From positions 8,744,001 through 8,808,000 of the forward strand of contig CM075991.1 in assembly GCA_038087875.1 (NCBI GenBank): a stretch of DNA of 64,000 nucleotides, given 5' to 3'. Both the position numbers and the translations under genes were made by a program. Numbering within the stretch: the stretch's first letter is position 1; each line of letters starts with the position of its first letter. Under the pieces are notes generated by a model, which worked only from the letters and a program-made list of their open reading frames with translations, ran no database searches and was not told the origin of the DNA. This stretch comes from Malacoraja senta (lineage: Eukaryota). Positions 1 through 12,689 of this stretch are shown one piece after another.

Positions 1-909
1 GAAGGGCCGAATGGCCAACTACTTCTCCCATGCTCTTGTCTATGACACCTTCACATTCAACCAGCACCAGAACCACCCAAACGGCATTTCAGAAACTTCC
101 CCATTGCTGTTGCTAAGCTATGGCTGCCATTCGGAGTACCTGTAGGGGGCAGCACCCTGCTTAGTTAGAGTTGCTGGCACACAGCTCTAGTTACACAGGT
201 TCAATCCCAACCTCCGGCATTGTCAGTTTGGAATTTGCACCTTAACCAAATGCATTTCCTTTTGAGTGGTTCATTGCCCATCCCCCCCCTCCCCCCCTCC
301 ACCCATGGACAGGTGTCATTTTGGGTTGGAACTGTTCCCAGTCTGAAGGGTCCAAATCCGAAACACCGCTTGTCCATCCCCTCCACAGATGCAGCCTGAC
401 CCATCGAGTTCCTCCAGCACATTGCGCTTTGCTCAAGATTCCAGCATCTGCAGTCCCTTGTATTGCAATGATATCCCATTACCAAGAGTCCCTTCGGCCC
501 TCTAAGTCCATGCTGATCACCAACTGCCACAGTACACATGGAGGACGAACCATTTAGGGATGGTATGTAATTGGGAGTTGTGATCCATTCTTGTCCCAGC
601 CACTGAAGAAGACAAAGCGCTCTCCACCTTTAATGAAGGACATTTTGTTGGCAGACCTGCCTTTGCTCCTCGCATGAATGAGCAGCAACAAGAATCTTTG
701 GGACACTGCGGACTCCGTGAAGAATCTTGTGATACAACAGGCTGGCTGGTGGCCAACAGTTTTGAAGGGAACTGCTGGTTTGCCTTTCAGAGAGTCTTAG
801 ACAGCAGTTGAAGGCATTCGGAAGTCAATGATGTGAAGGCAGATGTCTTCTCTGTAGCTGGGATCACCATGAACTGAGCGCAGCACACTGAAGTTGGCAT
901 TGCATCTGG

Positions 910-1515
910 TTTAGTGTAAGTTTAGAGACAGGACCAGGACATTCAGCCCACCAAGTCTGCCCCTGACCAGCAATCCCCACACACTTATGGCCCTGTCCCA
1001 CGGTACGAGTTCATTCCAAGAGCTCTTCCGGGTTTGCCCTGATTCGAACTCGGAGATTTACGGCAATGGCCGCTCGTCGGTACTCGGGGCTCTCGTGGAC
1101 ATTTTTCAACGTGTTGAAAAATCTTCACGAGTCTTCCCGAGCTTACCTGCCGTTAGCGAGTCTTCCCGAGTACCTGCCGTTAGCGTTACGAGCCGCTAAG
1201 AGACGTCCCCGAGCTCCGACGTACCCGCTACGTTCATTCTCCGTGCTTACCACGAGTTTGATTGTTTTTAAACTCGGGAGAGCTCTTGGAATGAACTCGT
1301 ACTGTGGGACAGGGCCATAAGACTATCCTAACTAGGGACAATTTACAATTTTACCAAGCCAATTAACCAACAAACCTGTACATCTTTGGAGTGTGGGAGG
1401 AAACCGGAGAAAACCCAAGCATGTCAGGGGAAAACGTCCAGACAGCACCTGTAGTCAGGATCAAACCCAGGTCTCTGGCGCTGTAAGACAGCAACTCTAC
1501 CGCTACACCAGTGCG
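910..1515 (-). mobile_element. V-SINE split by MITE A
   Basis: Tail at 910-984; body and head at 1321-1515. Confidence 0.8.
988..1317 (+). mobile_element. MITE family A (Harbinger-like, ~47-bp TIR)
   Basis: TIR GCCCTGTCCCACNGTACGAGTTCATTCCAAGAG. Flanks TTA/TAA. Inserted in a V-SINE. Confidence 0.9.
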
Positions 1516-2047
1516 CTGTCATGGGAGCAGAATTAGGCCATTCAGCCCATCAAGTCTATCTGCCATTCAATCATGGCTGATCTATCTCTCCCTCCTAACC
1601 CCATTCTCCTGCCTTTTCCCCATAACTCCCGACACCCGTACTAATCAAACATCCATCAATCTCTGCGTTAAATATACCCCTTGGCCTCCACAGCCTTCTG
1701 TGGCAATGAATTCCACAGATTCACCACCGACTAAAGAAATTCCTCCACATCTCCTTTCTTAAAGGTACGTCAAAATCCAAAATTAAACAGAACATCATAA
1801 CTCACTGTGTTTCGTCAGAAGCTCACACTTGTTGAGGAACTCAATGACCACACTACTTACCCTGCAAGGGGAAACCGCAAGGATCACTATTACAGCCAAG
1901 CCATTCTGTATTTCTAGAACTTTCTGTCCGTCTAGAATCCAGCTGTTTGGAATTTGACCGAGGGACCAGCTGCAAATATTGATTACCAAGGGAGTGTCTC
2001 TAAATGACACGATCAAATCGAGATGCAACATTCAGATGGACAGTGTA

Positions 2048-2350
2048 GGGCGACACGGTGGCGCAGCGGTAGAGTTGCTGTCTCACAGCACCAGAGACCC
2101 GGGTTCAATCCTGACTACGGGTGCTGTCTGTACGGAGTTGGTACGTTCTCCCCGTGACCTGCGTGGGTTTTCTCCGGGTGCTCCGGCTTCCTCCCACACT
2201 CCAAAGACGTGCAGGTTTGTCGGATAATTGGCTTGGGTAAACTGTAAATTGTCCCTAGCGTGTGGGATAGTGCTGGTGTACAGGGTGATCGGTGGTCAGC
2301 GCGGATTCAGTGGGCAGATGGGGTTGTTTCCACGTTGCAAGTCCAAAGTC
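2048..2350 (+). mobile_element. HE1-like V-SINE
   Basis: tRNA head (GGTGGCGCAGCGG, GGTTCAATCC), V-domain GTTCTCCCCGTG..GGGTTTTCTCCGGGTGCTCCGG..CCTCCCACACTCCAAAGAC, and a CR1-like tail. Confidence 0.85.
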
Positions 2351-2609
2351 TGTGTAGGGAGCCATCTACAAACAGTCCATCCACACCACTGACACAAACA
2401 CTGGTCTCCTGGCCATTTGCAGAAGAGCTCCAGGAATGAACGACCAACCCACCTGCAGAATTTGAGCGCCGCTGCCTCGAAGTCTACAAGGATATGCGTT
2501 GCCCCCATGACTAGCTGTTGATCAACAAATGACTGTAAGCTAACATAGTTGCCAGCATGTTGAGAGAACTCTCAATCAGTCTCACTACGTTCACTCATTG
2601 TAAACAGTA

Positions 2610-3465
2610 CTGTGTGTTTTAATGTCTCTCGGTGTGTCTTGTGTGGGGGGTGGTGAGGGGGGGAACCACCTTCGGTCGCCTCCTCCATGGAGAGGCGACT
2701 TTTTCCATGTTGCCTCCCTCGCGGCCTAACACCAAGGATTCAAGTCAAGTCAAGTCACTTTTATTTATACAGCACATTTAAAAAACAACTCTCGTTGGCC
2801 AAAGTGCTTTACATTGGTGGAGGTACTAACATTATACAACAGTGGTGTATGAAGGATTGGTGCAGCCTTTCCCGGAGTCTGGCCTGGAGCTTCAGCAGCG
2901 GGCGCAGGGTGAACTTTTCATTGCGGAGCGGGCGAGCCCCCGCCGGGGGTCGCCAAAAGGGAGTGCTCCGATCGCTGGCCCGCCGACTGTTACATCCTGA
3001 AGCCGCGATCTGCGGAGCGTGGGATCCCTCGTTGGGGGCCCCGGAGGAGAAGAGCTCCGACCGCCGTCCCGCGGCCTACAACATCTTGAAGCCGCGGTCT
3101 GCGGTGCTTCGAGCCGCGGCGCGGCGGGGACTTAGATCTTCCACCGCCGGCCCGCGGCCTACATCATCTTGGAGCCGCGGTCTCCGGTAGGGAAGCAACA
3201 ATTCAGGACTTACCTTGCCTGCACATCTGGCCGCCCGCAGCGGGGACTGTGGAAGTTTGTGGTCGCGACCACGGGAAAAAATGGAGGAGGACTGACTGAG
3301 CTTTGTGCCTTCCACCACAGTGATGAATGCTGTGGGGCTGTTTTGTGTGAATTTTTTTAATTGTGTATTGTGTGTTCTTTTTTATTGTACCGCTGCTGGC
3401 AAATTAATTTCACTGCCCTTCATTGTGTCTGTGACAAATAAATCTGATTATTGACTATTGACGAT
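2610..3465 (+). mobile_element. GC-rich non-autonomous retroelement with Rex1-type tail
   Basis: Collinear with 52105-52846. Ends ATTTCACTG..GTGACAAATAAA plus a short repeat. Confidence 0.7.
2741..2851 (-). mobile_element. Short L2 3'-end insertion with 7-bp TSD
   Basis: TSD AAGGATT at 2734-40 and 2852-58. The empty site is visible in the paralogous host element near 52311. Confidence 0.8.
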
Positions 3466-4925
3466 TGCAAATGCCTCCATTTTAATTATATCTTTGTAAG
3501 CATTTATCAGAGAGTCAGCTGCCTCACATTTTGGGCAAATAAGTTGTGCAAAATCATTTCTCCACCTCTCCCATTCTTTTGACAATGATCCTACATCTCT
3601 TTGCCCTGGTTATTGACCTTCCCTTCTGCATCGTGAGCAGGCAAATATCTTTCAATAGACTTTCAGACTTGTGACCTTGTTTCCCTTCACCTAGAGGAAG
3701 AAGGTTGTTTAGCATCATTGATATTTAATGAGGCTTGAGCTATGAAATAAACATCCTTCGTTGAAAACAATGTGCGGTGTCAAAAATTGTACCATATGAT
3801 ACGCATAATTCTTGCATGCACGTGTGCATTCAATATATAATACAGGTGACTGGGAATCTGAAGAGGGCAATGTATTCTCGGCCCGAGAGAATACATGTTT
3901 ATTAAAACTAATATGAAGCACCATCAAAGCAATTCTCCAACACATCCCAGTATCGTAGCCGATGGCACATTTGCACAGCGGTTAGTGCGGGAGAAGACCA
4001 GAAACTTGGTGGGAGGGGTTGAGCTAGCGAGCACGATCGGGTGGGCGGGTAAGGCGAGGATCGACGGATCGTTGGTCCATGTGTCCGCTTCCAGACATTT
4101 GTGGAGAGGGCCACTGGAGGCCCCAGCAACAGCCTGGGGCTCGATTGGATCAGGAGCCGCTCCAACAGGCTGAGTGTGTGGACCGGAAGCAGCTTGCAGC
4201 AGAGGGGAACAATGGCTATGCTTGGCCAGGCCGACCCTGCAACGCCGCCAGGGCAACGGGCCTTCATGGCCAAGTTAAGAACACTACATTTATAACAACT
4301 TTAAATTTGAATCTTATAAAACGGCGCCAAAACATGCCGACTCTTGTGCATTGCCTCAGTGTTCTATTACCATACACTTGTACTTAACTATGATTGCTCT
4401 TATGTATCGTAATATTTTTAGTGAACTTTATGCAAAAAAGGAATTTCACGGCACCTCAGCACATGTGACAATAAATACCAACGATCCGCTGACAGACGCG
4501 AAGGGCAAGGAGCAAGGCCCGTCGGAGAGGAGAGAGACCGTGGTCAGTTCTACCGTGCCCTCAAGGTCGGCTGCGGGAGGCGTCCCTGGGGCACAAAGCT
4601 GGACGGGCGAGGAGAGGGGCGAGGGTTCGCGGGTCGATGCCCACATCCAAGGAAGGCAATGGCTGGAGGCCCTACAACAGCCTGGGGCTCGCCTGGATTG
4701 GGCAACACTAGAGCGCGGACTGGACTTTGAAAATGGCGCCTAAACACGGCGCCTCTTGCACGCGGGATCAGTGGACTATTTCAGCACACTAGCTAATCAG
4801 GGATATGCCTAGGTGTGGCAATACTCTACTCGACTGTTTGTAAGAAAATAATTTCACTGTGCATGAGCACAGGTGACAATAAAGCATGTGGAAGGGAAAC
4901 AGAGTTAGCTCCATGTATCTTCCCA

Positions 4926-5094
4926 CAGGTGGCGTGCGAAGATTTTGTGATCGCGCGTCACTGCCTACGCCACCACGCCTCATCACGCGTCATGCACCCG
5001 TAATGCACACCATGCGCGCATCACGTGTGCGTTGTGATGCATAAAAGATGTTGCGTAAATGACGCGCAAATGACGCCCAAGTGGGACAGGCCCT
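4926..5094. mobile_element. MITE family D, right part
   Basis: Ends GCAAATGACGCCCAAGTGGGACAGGCCCT + TAA. Confidence 0.75.
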
Positions 5095-6604
5095 TAAACA
5101 CCTGAGTATTTTGAGCACTCTATGTATTAATTCTGTATTGTTAAATGTTATTTTATCCATAGATGCTGCCTGGTCTGCTGTGTATCCCCAGCATTTTCCG
5201 GTTTTATTTTATCCATTCATCGAGTCTGGTATGCATAACTCTGAACTTAATAATGTGTACATTCTGGAAGATGTTTTTAATTGCTCATCTATCTTCGGGG
5301 ATCAAGGGTAAACTTCACATTTGAGCAAATAGAGTAAATGAGTTAGCGTCGAGTGAAGATAAAATAAATACAAGGGACTGGAAATTTCACTGTGCATCAC
5401 TATGTTTTTATGCCTTTTGTAAAATGATTTAATCTAAAAATCTGATTGCTAAAGGCCATCATGCCCTTAATGTGCAGGACACGAAATCTGCAGGATTTAT
5501 GCTCAATGATTTGTGTATATAGTATTTGAGTGAGCCCACATTTGCGTGCTGTCTCCTTACTTAAAAAAAACATATACTTGCTACGGAGGGAGCGCAGAGA
5601 AGATTGTGTAGGAAGGAACTGCAGATGCTGGTTTTAACCAAAGATAGACACAAAATGATGGAGTAACTCAGCGGGACAGGCATCATCTCTGGAGAGAAGG
5701 ATTAGGTGATGTTTTCTCTATTTGGGACCAAGGTGAGGAGAAATCTCTTCACTCAGTGGGTCTGAAATTCCCGACCTTAGAGGACCGTGGAGCCTCGAAT
5801 GGTGTTGCCAAGAAAAAAGTGGAGACCCAGCGTGGGGACACACACCAAGAATTGAAGGGGACCTGGGGGGGGGGGGGGGAGAGAAGAAGGGATGAGTATA
5901 TTTTGTAACATTGTCGGCCCCTTTGTGGCGACTCTTTTGTGTATTTTGTCAGCAAAAACAGAGAATTTCACTGCACCTAGTGACGATAAAGTATCATCAT
6001 CATCATGTCACGAGTGATAGGAGCAGAATTAGGCCATTCGGCCCATCAAGCCTACTCCGCCATTCAATCATGGCTGATCTATCTCTCCCCCCTTCATCAC
6101 ATTAATGATACAAATTAACAGGCAGTAAAATAATATTTCACTAATTTTTGATAAAAAATACCATATGTTCACTTGTCAAGATAGGGGAGTCCATAACTAG
6201 GGGTGTAGGTTTAAGATGAGAAGGAAGAGATTTAAAGGAGATTTGAGGGGAATGCTTTTTTTTTAAACACACATAGAATGGTCAGTGTATGGAACATGTT
6301 GCCGAGTAGGTGGTAGATGCAGTACAATTGAATTGTTCATATGGTCATAAGTGATAGGAGTAGAATTATGCCATTCGGCCCATCAAGTCTACTCCGCCAG
6401 CAATCATGGCTGATCTATCTCTCCCTCTCAACCCCATTCTCCTGTCTTCTCCCCATGACCCCTGACACCCGTACTAATCAAGAAGCTGTCAATCTTCGCC
6501 TTAAAATATCCCTTGACTTGGCCTCCACGGCCGTCTGTGGCAATGAGTTCCACAGATTCACCACCCTCTGACTAAAGAAATTCCTCCACATCTCCTTCCT
6601 AAAA

Positions 6605-7648
6605 GTAGCAATGTTACAAAATTTTGAAATTTTAAAAATCAAGTCTGTAATTTATCCCATCAGATAAAGCATAAAAAGACGTTTAATTTGACACCTAATT
6701 CACTTTCATATCTTCAGTATTAAAAAAGTTATGGCCATTTTCATACTCGGAAATTAGCATCTTGTTCCCTATTGCTTTTCCATTGACTTAACACAAAAGC
6801 TGTGATCGAGGACAGTCAAAAGCCCATAACTTTCTTAAAAATTAAGAGAACTGAAAGAAATTTTCAGTTATTATAGATTGAAGCATTCTGAAACAAATAT
6901 GAAACAATCTTACTTAGATGACATGAAATTAAAGCATATAATTAGTTAGTTACCTAATTGTAGCTAATTACAAAATTCAATTACTACATCTAAACATCTA
7001 TCAATTTCTTAAGAATAGATTAACATTTTTAAATAGCCTAAGTGTCCAAATAACATTCACACAAGAATTCACAATATAACATAATTTGTAAATCTCATTG
7101 TCATGGATTTATAGGCCAAATGGAAGGAATTTAATGTTTAATACCTGTAAATTAATGGCCATTTAAATCATCTTGTGAGTGGGTTTTTCTGGAACGCGAT
7201 CATTTGGAACGTTGATTTGCGGTGAATTTAACCCCGTATCGGCATGAAAAATACTGCCGTTAGTTCGGGGAAAAGAATCACCGTTTCGCATTTTAAAATG
7301 TGAATTAAAGGCCTCTTAAGAAGCACTTTTATACATAAAATAAACGGCTTTCGTTTACCTGTCCCGTGCGTGAAATCCGTCCCCGTTGTCGGCGTTGACG
7401 GCTTTCGAAGCTGATTTTAAAATAACTCCAGCGCTGAAATTGTCGGGCGAATAAAAATAAAAAATACACAAAACGCCCGTCGGAACGATTCTTCAGCAAA
7501 GGTTTGCACTCCAACGAAATATAATTCAGGACAAGGTAGGAGAAACCCGCGTTTTAACCCCGCCCCCCCCTCAAAGGCGCCAAAATCGCGCACACGGCCA
7601 GTGGCAGAATTGCAGCGCCGCTGAAGGTAAGTATTGTAACATACCTAC
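6605..7648. mobile_element. Non-autonomous TIR DNA transposon, superfamily uncertain
   Basis: Ends GTAGCAATGTTACAAAA and TATTGTAACATACCTAC. TAAAA on both sides. Absent from the paralogous segment at ~1760. Confidence 0.85.
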
Positions 7649-8508
7649 TAAAAGGTACGTCAAAATCCCAAATAAAACAGAACATCATAACTCACTGTGT
7701 TTCGTCAGAAGCTCATCACTTGTTGAGGAACTCAATGACCACACTACTTAACCTGCAAGGGGAAACCGCACTGATCACTATCACAGCCAAGCCAGTCTGT
7801 ATTTCTAGAACTTTCTGTCATCGTCTAGCATCCGGCTGTTTGGAATTTGATCAAGGTACCAGCTGCAAATATTGATTACCAAGGGAGTGTCTCTAAATGA
7901 CACGATCAAACTGAGATGCAACATTCGGACAGTGTAGGGCGGCACGGTGGCGCAGTAGGGACCGTTGGGAACTATATTCAATACTTCTGTAACCACGTTG
8001 GTACCCCGTTGTGTGGCGACTCTTTGCTCACTTTATGCATGGGATGCAATCATCATCATCACTCAGCCACGTTCATTCAAAACCGAGATCCATACACTTC
8101 AGGGTATTAAGGAAATTAAGGGATATGGGCTGAGGTGGAAGATCAGCCCTGGTATTGAAGAATTCTGCAGCAGGCACCATTCTTAGTCACGTGTGTGACC
8201 CCCCCCCCCCCCCCCCCAAAAGATGAAAAATTGTGGAATACATCTCTTCTAATTCTGAAAGCATTACAGGTATATTGTTCCGTACTGCATATATGATTCA
8301 TATTTTCTTCCGGTTTATCAAGTGAAATTTTTTTTTAACGTAATGCTGACAACGTTTGTTCAGGGTCAGAGGCCAAATAGGACTGATCACGTGTGTGACG
8401 TAGCGCGGAACCATTTTACAAACTCTGTGAATTTTAAAAAGCTAGAATGTTCATATCCTGGGCAGACATGCATTGTAGTTCTGTAGGTAGGAAAATAGCA
8501 ATGAATAA

Positions 8509-8878
8509 GATTGAGAGGGGATCTTATAGAAACGTACAAAATTCTTATGGGGTTGGACAGGCTAGATGCAGGAAGATTGTTCCCGATGTTGGGGAAGTCC
8601 AGGACAAGGGGTCACAGCTTAAGGATCAGGGGGAAATCCTTTAAGACCGAGATGAGAAAAAACTTTTTCACACAGAGAGTGGTGAATCTCTGGAACTCTC
8701 TGCCACAGAGGGTAGTCGAGGCCAGTTCATTGGCTATATTTAAGAGGGAGTTAGATGTGGCCCTTGTGGCTAAAGAGATCAGGGGGTATGGAGAGAAGGC
8801 AGGTACGGGATACTGAGTTGGATGATCAGCCGAATGGCCTACTCCTGCACCTATTTTCTATGTATCTATGTATCTATC
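8509..8878 (+). mobile_element. CR1 3' fragment (family of the full-length copy)
   Basis: Encodes RGDLIETYKIL..TRGHSLRI..FFTQRVVNLWNSLP. Confidence 0.88.
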
Positions 8879-8899
8879 TCATAAGAATTTTTTTATGTC

Positions 8900-9229
8900 A
8901 TAGGTAGTGATAGGAAGTGATAGGTAGTGACTACCTACGACTATCTACGACTACCCACGACTACCATCACGACCTACTACGACCTACCTACGAGTAAAAA
9001 GTATCAATTTTTTCCATGCCGACCTTTTTTTTACTCGTGGACATTTTTTATCAGGCTGGAAAAAAACGCCGCGACCTACTTGAGGCCACGAGTACGCGGA
9101 GACCACGCACGAGCATGAGGAAGAGTTACGAAGATCTCCCATGACCTCGTGGCGACCATGCTGCGAGTATGAGTCAAGGGCAAACTCGGCAGAGGTCGGC
9201 AATTAGGCCGTGAAAGTGGGACAGGGGCT
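8900..9229. mobile_element. Family C-related MITE, one end only
   Basis: Ends GTGAAAGTGGGACAGGGGCT + TTA. Contains CTACGA-type repeats and shares blocks with 32901-33503. Confidence 0.75.
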
Positions 9230-9238
9230 TTAATTCCA

Positions 9239-9372
9239 CAGTCTGAAGAAGGGTCTCGACCAGAAACGTCACCCATTCTATCACTCCAGAGATGCTGCCT
9301 GTCCCACTGAATTACTCCAGCACCTTGTGTCTATCTTCGATTTAAACCAGCATCTGCAGTTCTTTCCTACAC
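9239..9372 (+). mobile_element. Penelope-derived unit (family P2) with minimal hammerhead core
   Basis: CTGAAGA-AGGGTCTCGACCA-GAAACGTC followed by the shared 3' segment ending TCCTACACA. Confidence 0.75.
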
Positions 9373-9524
9373 AGCTATTCTTCTAATGTTATGTTCTTAC
9401 ATGTTGGGGATACAAATGGAGGCTGCAAACGTAATTTTTTAATATATTATTCATGGGATGTCGACAATTTTTGGCATGTCCAGCATTTAATGTCTATCTT
9501 GAGATGTAGTATATTGCCCACCTG

Positions 9525-9865
9525 TAGTTTAGATTTGTTTAAAGATACGGTGTGGAAACAGGTGCTTTGGCCCACCGAGTCCACGCAGACGTGATCACCA
9601 GTTCACTAGTTCTGTCCTATCCCAGTTTTGCATTTGTAGGAAGGAATTTTGTGTTGTACCTGTACCCTGAATACATCCTATACAATTTACAGAAATGAAT
9701 TAACCTACAAACCCGCACGTCTTCGGAATGTGGAAGGAGACCGGAGTACCCGGAGAAAACCCCGTGGTCACGGGGAGAAGGTACAAACTCCGTACGGGCA
9801 GCACCCGTAGTCGAGATCGAACCCGAGTCTCTGGCGCTGTAACTCGACCACTGCGCCACCGTGCC
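9525..9865 (-). mobile_element. V-SINE
   Basis: Same family as 2048-2350. Confidence 0.8.
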
Positions 9866-10124
9866 TTGTGCTTTAAGTATCTGAGGTTGAACGTCAACCC
9901 TCCACCTCCTGACCAAGAAATATGTGTACTTTCAAAGGAGTTGCAAGTGACAGCCACCTAGAAACGAGGTGCTACAGCACTGAACCTACAGCCATCAGGC
10001 TATTAAACACTACCACCTCCAAATAAGCTCTGAATTACATGGACGAGGGCATTGGGTTTGTCTTTTTAGCATTAATATTGTATGTTTTTATGTGTCTGCA
10101 CGTGTGAGTGTGTGTATACTCTTT

Positions 10125-10180
<56 letters not shown>

Positions 10181-10181
<1 letters not shown>

Positions 10182-10688
10182 AGTCTTGCTATTGAGGGAG
10201 TGCAGCGTAGGTTTACAAGGATGGCTGGACTGTCATATGCTGAGAGAATGGAGCAGCTGGGTTTGTACCCTCTGGAGTTTCGAAGGATGAGAGGATATCT
10301 CATTGAAACATATAAGATTGTTAAGGGCTTGGACACGCTAGAGGCAGGAACATGTTCCCGATGTTGGGGGAGTCCAGAACCAGGGGCCACACAGTTTAAG
10401 AATAAGGAGTAAGCCATTTAGAACGGAGACGAGGAAACACCTTTTCTCACAGAGGGTGGTGAGTGTGTGGAATTCTCTGCCTCAGAGGGTGGTGGAGGCA
10501 GGTTCTCTGGATGCTTTCAAGAGAGAGCTAGATAGGGCTCTTAAAAATAGCAGAGTCAGGGGATATGGGGAGAAGGCAGGAACGGGGTACTGATTGGGGA
10601 TGATCAGCCATGATCACGTTGAATGGCGGTACTGGCTCGAAGGGCCAAATGGCCTACTCCTGCACCTATTGTCTATTGTCTATGGTCT
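10181..10688 (+). mobile_element. CR1 3' fragment with (CTATTGT)n tail, inside a (TA)n tract
   Basis: Encodes AIEGVQRRFTR..LIETYKIVKG. (TA)n at 10126-78 and 10689-10738. Confidence 0.85.
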
Positions 10689-10695
10689 ATATATA

Positions 10696-10745
<50 letters not shown>

Positions 10746-10861
10746 TTCTTTTTGTTTATTATATAGTTTACAGAGTACTATGTTTACATATTTTGTTGTG
10801 CTGCTGCAAGTAAGAATTTCATTGTTCATTGTTCTGTCCAGGACATATGACAATTTAACAC

Positions 10862-11144
10862 TTTAGTTTAATTTAGAGATACAGCGCCGGAACAGGCCCT
10901 TCAGCCCACTGAGTCCGCACCGACCAGTGATCCCCGCACTCGAGCACCGTCCTACACACTAGGGACAATTTATGATTTTGACCGAAGCCAATTAGCCCGC
11001 AAACCAGCACGTCTTTGGAGTGTGAGAGGAAACCAGAGCACCCGGAGAAAACCCACACGGTCACGGGGAGAACGTACAAACTCCATACAGACAGTACCTT
11101 TAGTCAGGATCGAACCCGGGTCTCTGGCGCTGTGTCACCGTGCC
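10862..11144 (-). mobile_element. V-SINE
   Basis: Same family. Confidence 0.8.
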
Positions 11145-12689
11145 ATGCACTCTTGACTCTTGAGTGGCACCTACTGGAGACAAACGCAAAATGGTACGTC
11201 CTTTTATTCTGATGCTGTGCCCTCTGGTCCTAGACTCTCCCACTAGTGGAAACATCCTCTCCACATCAGACAGAAAGCTAGAGTAACTCAGCGGGTCGGG
11301 CAGCATATCTGGAGAAAAGGAATAGGGGTGACGTTTCGGGTCGAGACCCTACTCCAGCATTTTGTGCCTATTTAAACCAGCATCTGCAGTTCCTTCCTGC
11401 ACAGTGCACCTACACAGGGCTCGAACCAGGCAGAAACTATCAGAGGCACATTGGGAAGCAAGCTACTAAAATAAGGAATGCTGGAAATACTCAGCGGGTC
11501 AGGCAGCATTTCTGAGGTTTCAATTTGAAACATGAAGTGCATTTCTTTCTCCAGAGACACTACCTGATTTGCAAAGTACTTCCAGCATTCCCATGCATTT
11601 CCAGTAGATAGTAACACATCAGGCTATTTTGTAATAGGCAGCAATTTAACAAGATTTAATTTCATCTGCAGAAATCCAGGTCCCTCTCAGGAAATATACA
11701 TAAATTCACATGTGCATTGCAAATGATGAAACACTTTAAATCAGATGAAAAATATTAATGGTGATTATAACTTTACTGCATTTTATTACCCATGAAATCA
11801 GCAAAATTTAATTTACTTCACATGTACAATTTCCTCGGGAATTTTTATAGCTTGATTAAATGAGATGATGAAACACATTGTCTCTCTTGCACTCCTTTAA
11901 AGCAGCATCGCTATCTGTTCTCCACTAAGTGGATTTTCAACCCAATATTTCTCTCAGTCAAAGACCACCTTGCCTACCCCGAATGTCAGTGTGAAGCAGA
12001 AATTGCTCAGAGTTGCTTGGGAATGGCGAAAATAAATGCAAATAGAATCTCATCACTTTTTTCGGTGAGGTATTGACAAAAATAATGAGTTTATGCTTCA
12101 GTTTTCGTGTTCATAAGTGATAAGAGCAGAATTTGACCATTCGGCCCATCAAATCTATTCCACCATTCAATCATGGCTGATCTATCTCTCCCTCCTAACC
12201 CCAATCTCCTGCCTTCTCCCCATAACCCCTGACACTCGTACCAATCAAGAATCTATCCATCTCTGCCTTAAAAATATCCATTGATTTGGCCTCCACAGTC
12301 TTCTGTGGCAATGAATTCACCACCCTCGGCCTAAGAAATTCCTCCTCATCTCCTTCCTAAGGGAACGTCCTTTAATTTTGAGGCTATGACCTCTGGTCCT
12401 AGGCTCTCCCACCAGTGGAAACATCCTCTCCACATCCACTCTATCCTGGCCTTTCACTATTCATTCAGTTTCAATGAGGTCCCCCCTCATTTCCTGTTAA
12501 ACTCCAGTGAGGAATCCACTGTGATGGATGTTTATGGTAACCTTTATGTGGTTGTTGCTTTTTCCTTGTAGCTTTTCACTTAGTATGGCTGTATGGTAAC
12601 TCAAATTTAACTGTGCCTTAATTGGTACATGTGACAATAAACTGACCTTGAAACCTTGAGCACAGGTCATTGCCACCAAACCCTCATTA

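Noticed and set aside
517..815. Short ORFs in apparently unique DNA
   Set aside because: No recognisable protein or convincing splice sites. Possibly an old LINE remnant.
987..1320. Recurrent 'MAARRYSGLSWTFF' ORF family
   Set aside because: Comes from the near-identical non-coding MITE A copies; its length and frame vary between copies.
2048..2120. tRNA genes
   Set aside because: A and B boxes run straight into the V-domain, so these are SINE heads. The same applies to 45500.
8900..8995. CRISPR-like short repeats in MITE bodies
   Set aside because: Degenerate tandem repeats without unique spacers, no cas genes, and a eukaryotic context.
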